64,000 nt of DNA from a virus (taxonomy: Duplodnaviria > Caudoviricetes): the IMG/VR virus record IMGVR_UViG_3300032030_002018; one strand, 5' to 3'. This document shows, in pieces, positions 21,205-31,015 of this stretch (position 1 is its first letter; the number at the start of each line of letters is the position of its first letter). The notes below the pieces were generated by a model that was given only the letters and a program-made list of their open reading frames with translations, made no database searches and was not told the DNA's origin. The translations under genes and the position numbers were made by a program.

Positions 21205-21381
21205 ATGAAAAAGTTAGTTTTAGTTGCATTTGCGCTTGTTGCATTTGCATTTTCTTCTTGTGAAGGATGCGGTGGTACCGCAGTAGTAGAGAACGATACT
21301 GTAAGTGTTGATACAGTTGTTGTAGAAGACACAGTTGATACAGTTGAATTTGACACAGTTGAAGTTGATTCTGTTCTTTAA
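21205..21381 (+). CDS. 58-aa lipoprotein rich in D-T/S-V sequons (below ORF-track cut-off)
   Basis: MKKLVLVAFALVAFAFSS|CEGCGGTAVVENDTVSVDTVVVEDTVDTVEFDTVEVDSVL: basic n-region, hydrophobic h-region, lipobox FSSC. Confidence 0.85.
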   Translation: MKKLVLVAFALVAFAFSSCEGCGGTAVVENDTVSVDTVVVEDTVDTVEFDTVEVDSVL

Positions 21382-21489
21382 TTCACAAAGAAGAATTCAA
21401 CATTGATGTTGGAAGGACGCCTGATAAATTATTAACAGACGCCCTTTGTTTTTTTATGTGGGTATATTTGAACAAAAATATTTGAAAAA

Positions 21490-21651
21490 ATGAATTATTT
21501 AATCAATACAGCAATATTTGTTAGAAACATTGTTGGTAATGTTTTTCACTACAAAAGACTTGAAAAAAATGGATTTGGATTTAAACGTATGCTTCAATAT
21601 GAATGGAAAAATTTCAAAAAAAGAAATACCTACGAATATTATGAGACGTGA
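21490..21651 (+). CDS. 53-aa basic hypothetical protein (below ORF-track cut-off)
   Basis: MNYLINTAIFVRNIVGNVFHYKRLEKNGFGFKRMLQYEWKNFKKRNTYEYYET; TATATTTG at 21463-21470 upstream and a terminator immediately downstream. Confidence 0.6.
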   Translation: MNYLINTAIFVRNIVGNVFHYKRLEKNGFGFKRMLQYEWKNFKKRNTYEYYET

Positions 21652-21684
21652 AAATGAGCAGTCAATATTATGGCTGCTCATTTT
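21651..21684. terminator. bidirectional terminator between convergent genes
   Basis: AAAATGAGCAGTCA-atatta-TGGCTGCTCATTTT. Confidence 0.8.
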
Positions 21685-21686
21685 CC

Positions 21687-22640
21687 TTATGATATTCTCA
21701 CATATTCTGACAATATATCATTTATCTTATTCTGTGCCTCATACAGTTCCTCAACCTTGCCACAGACAATTGGCGGACTATAATGTGGATGATGTTCGTG
21801 TGTCATAAACGCCGCAACAAACAAATTGAGAAAATCAACCAATTTATCGCCAAGCGGCACCTGATGCAAATTGTCCATTAATTTTGATAGGTCTTCTGTC
21901 TTTATTAATGTATTTCTATCTGTCCTATTAACGTCAATAGTGTCGTCAGAAATACCAATAAGGTTAATCTTGTCAGCAGCAATGTTGACCATACTGTTTG
22001 CGAACTTTGACTTTCCTTTCTTATCACTTCCAGAAGACAACCCCCATCCATATTTCAATTGAATGTAAGCAGGGTCAATGTCATTGAAAATAACCCTTCC
22101 TTTCAACCCTTTGTCAAGTTCTTCATTTCCTGTTGTCGTATCACTATATCCCCTTATACCACAACGCAATGTAAGTTCCTCTGCATTAGCACCATATGAA
22201 GGTTTCATTGTAATGTCCTGTCCTTCCCTTCCGACCATTGAAACACTTCCCTTTTCAGGAAATGAACCGTCAGTCATCTCTCCATAATTGGATAATCTCG
22301 GTAATATATGATATCCAATACCTTTTTGGAATAAAGAAGTTGCTGGACCGGTATCATTGTTATGGCTGCACATATCCTGATATTGTGGCTGGGATATTAC
22401 AGGTCCGATATAGAACCTATCACTGTTCTTGTTGTCAGAATTAGCCAATATAACAAGAACACACTCGCCAATCTTTGGAACACATTGGAATACCTTTGGT
22501 AACAAAGGAAATGCCCAACAAGAAGGCGGTTCTTTCTTGTCACCATCCTGAGATAATTTAACCTTTACCCTAAGACCATCATATTCGTCGTCAATATCCT
22601 CTACTTCTCCGAATTTGATTATGTTATGCTTGTTTACCAT
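21687..22640 (-). CDS. baseplate spike protein, gp5/gpV-like
   Basis: N-terminal OB-fold pattern (GEVEDIDDEYDGLRVKVKL...WAFPLLP...VPKIGECVLVI) and C-terminal H-x-H (THEHH) metal-binding motif. Confidence 0.75.
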   Translation of the reverse strand: MVNKHNIIKFGEVEDIDDEYDGLRVKVKLSQDGDKKEPPSCWAFPLLPKVFQCVPKIGECVLVILANSDNKNSDRFYIGPVISQPQYQDMCSHNNDTGPATSLFQKGIGYHILPRLSNYGEMTDGSFPEKGSVSMVGREGQDITMKPSYGANAEELTLRCGIRGYSDTTTGNEELDKGLKGRVIFNDIDPAYIQLKYGWGLSSGSDKKGKSKFANSMVNIAADKINLIGISDDTIDVNRTDRNTLIKTEDLSKLMDNLHQVPLGDKLVDFLNLFVAAFMTHEHHPHYSPPIVCGKVEELYEAQNKINDILSEYVRIS

Positions 22641-22816
22641 TGTCTACGATTGTTTATTTCTTCCTTTATCAAAAGATATTCGTCGTTTAACTCTTTCAAT
22701 TTCTCCATTATTGACAAAGCTTCTTCCCTTTTTTTATTATAAGCATTTTCCAATTTCAATGACTCAATATTAAGTTCAGCATTTGTCATTTTCTTGTATT
22801 CATTTTTCTTTGCCAT
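22634..22816 (-). CDS. small coiled-coil hypothetical protein
   Basis: MAKKNEYKKMTNAELNIE...; packed in operon. Confidence 0.65.
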   Translation of the reverse strand: MAKKNEYKKMTNAELNIESLKLENAYNKKREEALSIMEKLKELNDEYLLIKEEINNRRQW

Positions 22817-22823
22817 TGTTACC

Positions 22824-23216
22824 TTATAATATTGTAGCACTACCCCCAGCAGGGTTTATATTAAATCCTTGTATAAACACGGGTCCTCCTGAATTAGCAC
22901 CCCATCCAATAATCCCAATGCCACCAACTGGAATACCAAGTTGTACATTGGTATCCTGTCTTATTGCCCTGAATATCTCTTCCACAATGGCATTAACTAA
23001 CGCAACACCTCTGTTTTGAGAACCATCTGGGGCAGGACCAGTTTCAATGCCAATTTCATTCATCTTAGCAATGATATTACCAGTTGACTTTATTGTCGAA
23101 AGACCTGGTCTACATATCCCTGCAAGCGATATTAGGAAAGGCGGTATTATACTTGTCGGTTTTGTTATACCGTCAAGCAAGTTATTAATTGGTTCAAGAA
23201 TTGACTTAATTAGCAT
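22824..23216 (-). CDS. 130-aa hypothetical protein with Gly-rich C-terminus (likely baseplate associated)
   Basis: Operon position upstream of the spike gene. Confidence 0.55.
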   Translation of the reverse strand: MLIKSILEPINNLLDGITKPTSIIPPFLISLAGICRPGLSTIKSTGNIIAKMNEIGIETGPAPDGSQNRGVALVNAIVEEIFRAIRQDTNVQLGIPVGGIGIIGWGANSGGPVFIQGFNINPAGGSATIL

Positions 23217-23220
23217 AATT

Positions 23221-26160
23221 TCAACAGTTTGTATTTAATGGTTTATCTTCATCTCCGTATAAATCTGTATCAAATATATCAGCATAATTGACATTATCAA
23301 GTACAGTTGGAAGGTCTGTATTCGTATTCTTTATAAGTTTTCTCAGTTTCTTGAAAATTGAACCCACAATAGGAGCATAAGCACCGAATAAGTTCTTCGC
23401 ACAATTGAAAGAGCTGTATAATTGTAATAACAACCTATACACATCCATAAATGCCTGTAATTGCTCCATAACTATCTTTTTAGACAGTTCTAATACTATT
23501 TGTCTGATATAATCAAGAATAAGTTCTGTAAGTTTCCTGATTATCATCTCAACAATTTCCCTCGCAATAGCAACAACAACACCCTTCATAGCATTAAGAA
23601 GGTTCTCAACTGTAATGTCAGATATGGAATCCGTTAAATTGTTTATCGTTAATTCCTCTCTTCCTCTCAATGTGTCGTTGACTTTCTTTCCGCCTAAAAG
23701 ACGTTGATTGACATATAATATAAGAAGCATTTTTGGAGTTATCAACGATTCCATAAGTATTGACGTGAGATTTGTTACAAGTGACAATACAAATTTAATC
23801 CTTATCTGCCTTCTGTCCTGTAACGCAACACTGCTTTGGTCAATAACATTAGCCATCGAAGCCTCTATGGCATTGTGTATCACAGTTTTCTGCATATCAA
23901 GAGTTGCAGAATCATCATATAATGAATCTAATAGAGAATCAATATTTGTATTTCCATTGTATTCATTATAATTATAATCAGTTCCAAAATACCTTGCATT
24001 CTCAGAGTCGCGTAACATTCTGTCATAATCATCATTTGAGAAACGATAGAAACAACTGTAGATTTCCTCATCCTCTTCCATAATGATTTGTCTTACAATA
24101 TTTTGTATTCTTTGAGATTGATTATTATAACTATATTTGTTATGGTCGTTATGCACTTCCAAAGACAACCCAGGATAGATTTCAACCCTGACAGCGTTTA
24201 ACAGTCTTTTTGCCACAACACCTGGTTCAAATAACCTCTGACTCATTATATAGTCATAATTGAACTCATATACTGTCAAACCATTATAACATTCAACAAA
24301 ATGTTTTGAGAAATTATTAGGTAATATATTCTTTGTTTCCTCTGTGTCACCACCAAGATTATATTCGCCAGTTTTTTTATTAACATACAACATACAATGG
24401 TCGTCGTCTTCTCCAACCATATATTTTGCATATATTTCTGATTCTGATGCCGTTGACGCTTCCTCTTCTTCCTTTTCACTCAACCATCTTGTCAATAACG
24501 CGCATAATCTTATGTCAGAATCATTCATTATATCATTAACATCATCGTTTCTGGCGTATGCTATCAACGCATTCAAATATGCCGTTGACTGTTCTTCCTC
24601 TGTTGTCAGATAAGCGTTTTTTAACGCCTTTAAAATATCATCATCTGTAAATGATTTATATTCTTCTTCATCAGCGTCCGTCCTGTTTAAGAACGCTGTT
24701 ATATCAAGATATTTTATAATTACCTCTGGATGTTCATCAATGTAATCTTTTGTGGATTGCTCCATCATAGTAACTTGTACTCTTCTCACATATGGTGTGC
24801 CAGAAGATGTTGTAGCATCGGTTGGTAATGAGAATCTTCCTTTCTTATCCTGAACGCCAAATTTATTGAATAGTATTTTCTTTATCTTACCTGTTAATCC
24901 TCCATATGGAGCATACACAAATGGTTTTGGTAAAACTGTAACCCTCAACATTTCCTCTGTGTATCTATTTCCGTTAGAACTATCAGCATAAGGTCTTATA
25001 TATTCAACATTACATATACCATCCTCCTTATTGTAATCGTTCTTATCATCTGGCAATCCAAGGTTTCTATTGAAATACTTTGATTTATCCGCATACCAGT
25101 TAAGGCTTGTCCAATCACTCGATATTGGCATAATAAGTTCTGATGTCGGTTGTTTCGTTATACCATTGTCGTATGTTTTGCTATAACACATACTTATAAC
25201 ATTTCCGGCGCCTCTTGAAGTGAACACCTGTCCTTCAGTAATCCTGTCTTCATTATAGTCTTCATTATACACTGGATTTGCGACAATTGAAGACAGTAAT
25301 GTATTGCCATTAACCTTATACTTAAAATTAGTGTTTGGATAATAAAAGAACGGAGCATCATCACCTTCCGTTTGTATTTCAATGCCAGTAGGTGATGGAA
25401 ATCTCCCCTTATGTATAAGATACCACAGGAATGCGTTGAAATCATCAGCACGAGATAGTTTATGTGTTGATTTTTTCAATCCATTTGCATAATACGCGCC
25501 GAAATAGTTGTCCTTTCCATCTCCCCAAGGACTTGTATGCAATATACCTTCAGGGTCGATTGAATTGACATTAACCAATATTCCCCTACTATAAGCAGGG
25601 TTATTTTCGATGATATCGTATATATAATCCTCAAAATACTTGTTGGTCTTCTTTCTCAATTTCTTTGGAATACGTGGGTCAGCAACACAGGAAATTGTTT
25701 CCTTAAGTTTTGCAAGCAACACTCCCTTCACTCCAATTTCAATTGAAGGTAATGCCACAACCAACATATCACAGAGCCAGTTTATTATTTTCTCATCAGT
25801 AACTCCAACCCTGTTAAGTATTTGCAATAGGACATACATAGGACTCTGCAACAATGCCGATATATCACCGTCAACAAATTCTCCAAGATAATAGTCTATA
25901 GTCGGCAATTTATTCAACACACATATAGCACTGTCCAACTTTGAATAAACCTCAGATTGTGCCTTTCTTGCGGATTCTGTTATTGATTTCTTTTTTGTCG
26001 GAACATTGCTTATTGGATTTGTAACGGGCATATTATTTCCTATCGAAGGACTTTCAGAAGTATTCACATTTGTGAAATTGTTGTTCTCCGATAGTTTTGT
26101 GTTATATTCACCAGTCCAATAATCGCTGCTTCTTTTTGATGTGTCGAGTATTGTTGCCAT
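23221..26160 (-). CDS. ~980-aa hypothetical protein, probably structural
   Basis: Long ORF in the operon containing the spike gene; helical N- and C-terminal parts. Confidence 0.6.
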   Translation of the reverse strand: MATILDTSKRSSDYWTGEYNTKLSENNNFTNVNTSESPSIGNNMPVTNPISNVPTKKKSITESARKAQSEVYSKLDSAICVLNKLPTIDYYLGEFVDGDISALLQSPMYVLLQILNRVGVTDEKIINWLCDMLVVALPSIEIGVKGVLLAKLKETISCVADPRIPKKLRKKTNKYFEDYIYDIIENNPAYSRGILVNVNSIDPEGILHTSPWGDGKDNYFGAYYANGLKKSTHKLSRADDFNAFLWYLIHKGRFPSPTGIEIQTEGDDAPFFYYPNTNFKYKVNGNTLLSSIVANPVYNEDYNEDRITEGQVFTSRGAGNVISMCYSKTYDNGITKQPTSELIMPISSDWTSLNWYADKSKYFNRNLGLPDDKNDYNKEDGICNVEYIRPYADSSNGNRYTEEMLRVTVLPKPFVYAPYGGLTGKIKKILFNKFGVQDKKGRFSLPTDATTSSGTPYVRRVQVTMMEQSTKDYIDEHPEVIIKYLDITAFLNRTDADEEEYKSFTDDDILKALKNAYLTTEEEQSTAYLNALIAYARNDDVNDIMNDSDIRLCALLTRWLSEKEEEEASTASESEIYAKYMVGEDDDHCMLYVNKKTGEYNLGGDTEETKNILPNNFSKHFVECYNGLTVYEFNYDYIMSQRLFEPGVVAKRLLNAVRVEIYPGLSLEVHNDHNKYSYNNQSQRIQNIVRQIIMEEDEEIYSCFYRFSNDDYDRMLRDSENARYFGTDYNYNEYNGNTNIDSLLDSLYDDSATLDMQKTVIHNAIEASMANVIDQSSVALQDRRQIRIKFVLSLVTNLTSILMESLITPKMLLILYVNQRLLGGKKVNDTLRGREELTINNLTDSISDITVENLLNAMKGVVVAIAREIVEMIIRKLTELILDYIRQIVLELSKKIVMEQLQAFMDVYRLLLQLYSSFNCAKNLFGAYAPIVGSIFKKLRKLIKNTNTDLPTVLDNVNYADIFDTDLYGDEDKPLNTNC

Positions 26161-26167
26161 CAATCAA

Positions 26168-26563
26168 TTACTTTTTCAATGTTATCTTTTTTGGCTCTTT
26201 ATTATCAGTATATGACGAATCAACCATTTCCTTTATCTTTGCGAAATCGAAATTCATCTTTCCTCCCTGCTGTTCAGTGACTTGTCCTTTTGATTTCTTA
26301 CCGGATTCAAGTATCTCAGCCAGAAGTTTAGCCACATCCATTTTCTTTCCAATAGCCTTGTCTTTGATTGTCATATAATCATTCATAGCCTTGGAATACT
26401 TTTGCTTTGCATCCATAACTTCCTCTTCAAGTTTTGTCGAGTTTGCCAATTTATCCATCTCGTTCTGCGCCTGAATTAACTGTTCATCTGCAAGTCTGTA
26501 AGCCTCCTGTAACAATTGTTTTATATTATCAGGAGAATATAATTCCACTTTATATTTAGCCAT
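26168..26563 (-). CDS. 131-aa coiled-coil hypothetical protein
   Basis: Helical, K/E-rich; first gene after the late-type motif at 26589-26597. Confidence 0.65.
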   Translation of the reverse strand: MAKYKVELYSPDNIKQLLQEAYRLADEQLIQAQNEMDKLANSTKLEEEVMDAKQKYSKAMNDYMTIKDKAIGKKMDVAKLLAEILESGKKSKGQVTEQQGGKMNFDFAKIKEMVDSSYTDNKEPKKITLKK

Positions 26564-26588
26564 TTTCGTAAAATTGTTTTATACCCAT

Positions 26589-26597
26589 ATAAATATC
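26589..26597 (-). promoter_or_regulatory. putative late promoter GATATTTAT overlapping the sigma-gene stop codon
   Basis: Minus strand ...GAG TGA TATTTATATGG... Confidence 0.6.
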
Positions 26598-27324
26598 ACT
26601 CAGACAATAAATCATTCTTAAATAGATAATACTGTTTCTTGTATATCTTCATACTGTCACGTATCTCCTTTGCCGTCAATAATGTCCTCTCCTTTAAAAA
26701 CAACAATATCGAACTCTTATTGTATTTATTACTACCCATCTGAGTGAATATCTCATCCCAATTTGTAAGCAATTCTATTAACGCCTCCCCGACAATTACT
26801 TGATTATCAGTAAGTTTGTTTTTCTCTTTATCGTTTATTGTTTGTCTTATTCCTTCAACTGTCTTATTTATCAGTTCGGTTAGCATAGACTCACTGCTTT
26901 CTGAATCGTCGTATGAGAACTTTATATTGTCTGATAATCCTCCACTTGACTCATTATAAGCTTCGCTTCTGTTTCTATTCTTATTGAATTGGTTTATTTT
27001 GTATATAAGATAGTTTTTGCATACTGTTCCACAATACGAATAAGACTTATATCCCTTTGACGCGTCGAAGTGGTTTATCTTTGTCAATAAGAATGATATT
27101 GTATCATCAAATGTTTCCTTGAAATTTTCATCAGGTGGATAAAGTTTGTATCTATTAATGATTGATTCAACCATTTTTGAGAAAACAGGATGAAGTATTT
27201 CGTTATATATCTTGTTCTTCTCTTCTTCATCTGTTGAATTTATATAATCAACAACTGCCTGCTCCTCTCTTTCATAAAAATAACCCTTTCTTTTTGCACC
27301 AGGCTTTCTGCCTCTTTTAGCCAT
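26596..27324 (-). CDS. phage RNA polymerase sigma factor, T4 gp55-like (late)
   Basis: YFYEREEQAVVDY...FSKMVESIINRYK...SFLLTKINHFDASKGYKSYSYCGTVCKNYL resembles sigma region 2 of gp55-like proteins. Confidence 0.75.
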   Translation of the reverse strand: MAKRGRKPGAKRKGYFYEREEQAVVDYINSTDEEEKNKIYNEILHPVFSKMVESIINRYKLYPPDENFKETFDDTISFLLTKINHFDASKGYKSYSYCGTVCKNYLIYKINQFNKNRNRSEAYNESSGGLSDNIKFSYDDSESSESMLTELINKTVEGIRQTINDKEKNKLTDNQVIVGEALIELLTNWDEIFTQMGSNKYNKSSILLFLKERTLLTAKEIRDSMKIYKKQYYLFKNDLLSE

Positions 27325-27439
27325 TTTTAAAACTTATTGATTTTTAATATATTATGTTTTAAAAGGCTTCACTACGTTATTAAAACGTACTTTCCGAATA
27401 GGCAATTTTTTAATTAAAAAATCTTCACGTCGCCAACCT

Positions 27440-27480
27440 AAAAAAACAGACCGACTACCTTATTTATTAAATAATCGGTC
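27440..27480 (-). terminator. intrinsic terminator between the glycosyltransferase operon and the sigma gene
   Basis: Minus strand GACCGATTA...TAGTCGGTC followed by TG and a T-run. Confidence 0.7.
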
Positions 27481-27516
27481 CATAATTTATGATAATTATT
27501 ATGACAACTACTGTTT

Positions 27517-28284
27517 TTATTCTTTATAAGGTTCAATGTCACGTTTCTTGAACATATATTCCTTCCTTGCGACATCAACCCAATATTTAGACTCTTTCTC
27601 ATCAACCGTCTTCTTATATTCCTCAATAAGAGAGTCTTCCCTTCCAAGATAATGTACATAACCAACCTTTGGAATGACAAACACCTTCTTTCCCTTATGT
27701 GTCATCCTCATAAGGAATTCATACCAGAATGTAAGTTTGATATTATCTTTCAGACCTCCTGTTGATTTCCAATCCTTGATATTGAAAACGCCACCAGTAA
27801 GATAGAAGTCAAAGAAATTAGTTAGACAGTCAAGGTCAATGTATCCTATCTCATTTGAGAAAGAACTTGCCCAAGGTGCTTCATTTCCAAACGATATGAA
27901 AGACTTGTTGTTGAAATCAACAATATCCTCAATAGGCAAGAAAACACTTACATCAGGCTTATATTGCAGATATTCATATACATTGCCGAACCATATCTTT
28001 GTGTATTCATCATCATATTCCAAAATGGAGAAATATTCTGTATCAACATTTTCAACAGCATTGTTTACAAGTGTTTGGAAATCAGATTTCTCATCTAATG
28101 ATATCACGTTAATTTCCCTTCCTTCGTATTTTGACGCGAATGATTTGATTTTATCCGCCAAATCTGTTGTGGTTGAGATATTGATTTTTATATCAACATC
28201 AACGGAAGCAATAGCCCTATCCAATAAAGCACTGACACCATCATCGAATTTATGTACTGGTATTATAACTGTTAATTCGCTCAT
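27517..28284 (-). CDS. glycosyltransferase, GT-A/GT2-like
   Basis: LTVIIPVH N-terminus; EYFSILEYDDEY acidic motif; WYEFLMRM...VFVIPKVGYVH. Confidence 0.8.
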   Translation of the reverse strand: MSELTVIIPVHKFDDGVSALLDRAIASVDVDIKINISTTTDLADKIKSFASKYEGREINVISLDEKSDFQTLVNNAVENVDTEYFSILEYDDEYTKIWFGNVYEYLQYKPDVSVFLPIEDIVDFNNKSFISFGNEAPWASSFSNEIGYIDLDCLTNFFDFYLTGGVFNIKDWKSTGGLKDNIKLTFWYEFLMRMTHKGKKVFVIPKVGYVHYLGREDSLIEEYKKTVDEKESKYWVDVARKEYMFKKRDIEPYKE

Positions 28285-28298
28285 TTATATCATATAAT

Positions 28299-29396
28299 TT
28301 AATCCTTCTTATCTTCAAAATTTTTAACCAATTCCTCCATTTCTTTCTTCCTGTCAGATATAACCTTATCAAGATAGTCAACAACAGCATTTTCTGTATC
28401 CTCTTTCTTATACATACTCATAACTTTCTTGTCTTCCTCTATAATCTCTACTGGTATGGTATCTGTTGTCCAAGACCTTACAACATTGGCTATAATCTTA
28501 TGCACACTGTGGAAATCATCAAACCATACACAGTTGTTCTTATATCTGTCCTGTTCATCCAACGCCCATTCAATCTTGTTGTCAGGCATCTTTGCGATAA
28601 CAATGCATCCGCTCTTCAAAGCCTCCAATGCGCTGTATCCAAAACTGGTTTCTTCATCAACCCATACTGTAATAGCAGCCTCACGCATCAATTCTGCGAA
28701 TTGTTTCTTTGGAAAACCTCTTAAATCCCTGAATGATACCCATTTAAACGACGGATATTTCCAATAGAACGGTTTCACAATCTTATTCACATCACTTTGG
28801 TCTCTTGCTACTATATTGACAATCATTTTCTTTGGCTCAGATGTCTTACCGAAATATTCCTTTATATATGGTGGTATTACTGTTGTTTTAACATATGGAT
28901 AGATGTCGTTAAGCACCTCACCATTAGCCTTTGTGTTTGTTATCGCTTCAAGAATACCGAAATCACCCCATTGTCCCGCGAATGGCATTTGCTCTACAAG
29001 GAAATCGTAGTTCTGGAAGATTCCAATCCTCTTGCAAGGCAATTTCTTTGTCTGATTCATAACATTCGCAAAAATCTCAGGTATGAATAGTATATCAGAA
29101 GGACCGATTTCAATGCTGTCATTGTTGATGTTGTGATGAGGAATATTGGCATATTCTTCGCCAAGCCATTCTCCTACACCTACAAAGTCATCATCCTTTG
29201 TTTCCTGATATAGCATAGATACATTGTACCCTTTGTCCTTGGCAATCAAGGCTATGTTGTATATATATTCCAAACTTCCGCTTGGAACGCCTTTGGTATC
29301 AAGAACAAAGAAGAAAACATTGTTCTTTTTGTCGTTAATTTTGGAAATTTCTTCCATTACCCTTTTCAAAGCCTTTTCTTTCTTACTGTCAGCCAT
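28299..29396 (-). CDS. glycosyltransferase, GT-B/GT4-like
   Basis: PSGSLEYIY...DILFIPEI...ETSFGYSALEALKSGCIVI (E-x-FG-x4-EA-type motif). Confidence 0.75.
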   Translation of the reverse strand: MADSKKEKALKRVMEEISKINDKKNNVFFFVLDTKGVPSGSLEYIYNIALIAKDKGYNVSMLYQETKDDDFVGVGEWLGEEYANIPHHNINNDSIEIGPSDILFIPEIFANVMNQTKKLPCKRIGIFQNYDFLVEQMPFAGQWGDFGILEAITNTKANGEVLNDIYPYVKTTVIPPYIKEYFGKTSEPKKMIVNIVARDQSDVNKIVKPFYWKYPSFKWVSFRDLRGFPKKQFAELMREAAITVWVDEETSFGYSALEALKSGCIVIAKMPDNKIEWALDEQDRYKNNCVWFDDFHSVHKIIANVVRSWTTDTIPVEIIEEDKKVMSMYKKEDTENAVVDYLDKVISDRKKEMEELVKNFEDKKD

Positions 29397-29399
29397 TAA

Positions 29400-30008
29400 C
29401 TAATTCTTTTTAAAACTTAAAATTATCTTATTTAACATTTCCTTATCTGAAATGAAATCAGACAAACTATCATATGAACAATCAGACATAACATCCTTAT
29501 TCCACTTCCTGTTTATCTTTACCTTTGTTCCTACATTAATGTCAATATTCTCCAATATGTCGTTATTAGCGGTAACAACAACATCAAACTTACCATCAAG
29601 TTCTGATATGTCCTTTGGGAATATTATCTCCCTTACTCTTGTTCCCATTCTACTAAGGAAAAACAATGTTGATTGTATCGTCAACGCCTCCTCTTCCAAA
29701 GAGAACAGGACAACACGAATTTCATCATCCTCAATATTAGTAAGTTCATTGAGCCATCCATTGAACTCAACTTGCAAGTCCTTTGTCATTGTCTTTGCGC
29801 ATCCATAAATCTCATAAGGATAATCAATGTACAAAAATCCCTTTCTTTCCCTTATGCTGTCAAATTTCGCATAAGTTTCAAACACATCGTCATTATCGTC
29901 AATATTATCAGTATCATAATCATTGGCATAGTCACGACCATAATACTTGATAATCTGCTTGTTTATGTTCCTGAACACATTGTTCAATTCAATACCAATA
30001 GTTATCAT
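29400..30008 (-). CDS. HAD-fold 5'(3')-deoxyribonucleotidase-like protein with degenerate catalytic motifs
   Basis: MITIGIELNNVFRN occupies HAD motif I (normally DxD); DVVVTANNDIL and KINRKWNK resemble the NT5C C-terminal layout. Confidence 0.55.
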   Translation of the reverse strand: MITIGIELNNVFRNINKQIIKYYGRDYANDYDTDNIDDNDDVFETYAKFDSIRERKGFLYIDYPYEIYGCAKTMTKDLQVEFNGWLNELTNIEDDEIRVVLFSLEEEALTIQSTLFFLSRMGTRVREIIFPKDISELDGKFDVVVTANNDILENIDINVGTKVKINRKWNKDVMSDCSYDSLSDFISDKEMLNKIILSFKKN

Positions 30009-30010
30009 TT

Positions 30011-31015
30011 CTATTTCTCTCCAATTAATTTCATAAGACAATCAGGACAAATAGCACGTCCATAATCATACTTTGTTATATCTCCGTCATATACAGACAT
30101 TTCCTTACCACACTCTGAACACCTTATAACCCTTTTCATAGGTGTTGCGTCATTACTAACCTCTTTCGGTGCGTTATTCTCGTATTTCAAAGCCATATTA
30201 CTTGAAAAATACTTCTCCATAAGATTCTCATATTTCATCGCCTCCCACTTGAAAGACAATAATATATCCCCTTCTTCATTATATCTTACAGATACAAGTC
30301 TTGGCGATATGAATGTGAATGAAACCATATCAGGAAAATCATTAGACGCATTCATAGTCACAAAAGCCATAACAGACATCGAAGACGCAATCTCATTATG
30401 CTTTATAAACTCAGATTTGTTTTCAGAAGAACTGACACCGTGTTCAAGTTCCTTTAGCGCGTTTATGAATGGCATAGAATTCTCATCGTAAGGATTCGGC
30501 AAAGTGTCAAACCTGAATGTGGTTAAATAATATTCCTCATCAACATTTGCATCAACATCTATGTATTTTACATATTTTTCAAGTTTGAACCTTACAAATT
30601 CATTGATATACAATACATTAAGCGTATAATTTTCAGTACCGTAATCATTAACCCTATTCAATTCCTCCAATACACTTGCATATTGCATCTTGCACCTTTG
30701 TGTGAACTTGAATTTCTTGAAATCAAACTTATTCCTCTTCTTCTTGAAAGCAAATCCATTGCCAGCATAATCGTACCCCTTTGAAGCGTCTGCAACTGTA
30801 TAAGTCCTGTACCTTAAATCCTCAACTTCCTGTGTTACCTCACCGTTCATAAGGTCTTTTGACAGTCTTTTTTCCTCGACAGTCTCAACTACGCCTTCTC
30901 CTGTTTCACTGATATTTCCACTTCCAAGTATCTCTTTATCAGCACCTTTCAAGCCAAAAGGTATTGCATATAGAAATCTTTTTACAATGTTACTTATCTT
31001 CGATATAATCTTCAT
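30011..31015 (-). CDS. hypothetical protein with C-terminal zinc finger
   Basis: CSECG...ICPDC at the C-terminus. Confidence 0.7.
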   Translation of the reverse strand: MKIISKISNIVKRFLYAIPFGLKGADKEILGSGNISETGEGVVETVEEKRLSKDLMNGEVTQEVEDLRYRTYTVADASKGYDYAGNGFAFKKKRNKFDFKKFKFTQRCKMQYASVLEELNRVNDYGTENYTLNVLYINEFVRFKLEKYVKYIDVDANVDEEYYLTTFRFDTLPNPYDENSMPFINALKELEHGVSSSENKSEFIKHNEIASSMSVMAFVTMNASNDFPDMVSFTFISPRLVSVRYNEEGDILLSFKWEAMKYENLMEKYFSSNMALKYENNAPKEVSNDATPMKRVIRCSECGKEMSVYDGDITKYDYGRAICPDCLMKLIGEK

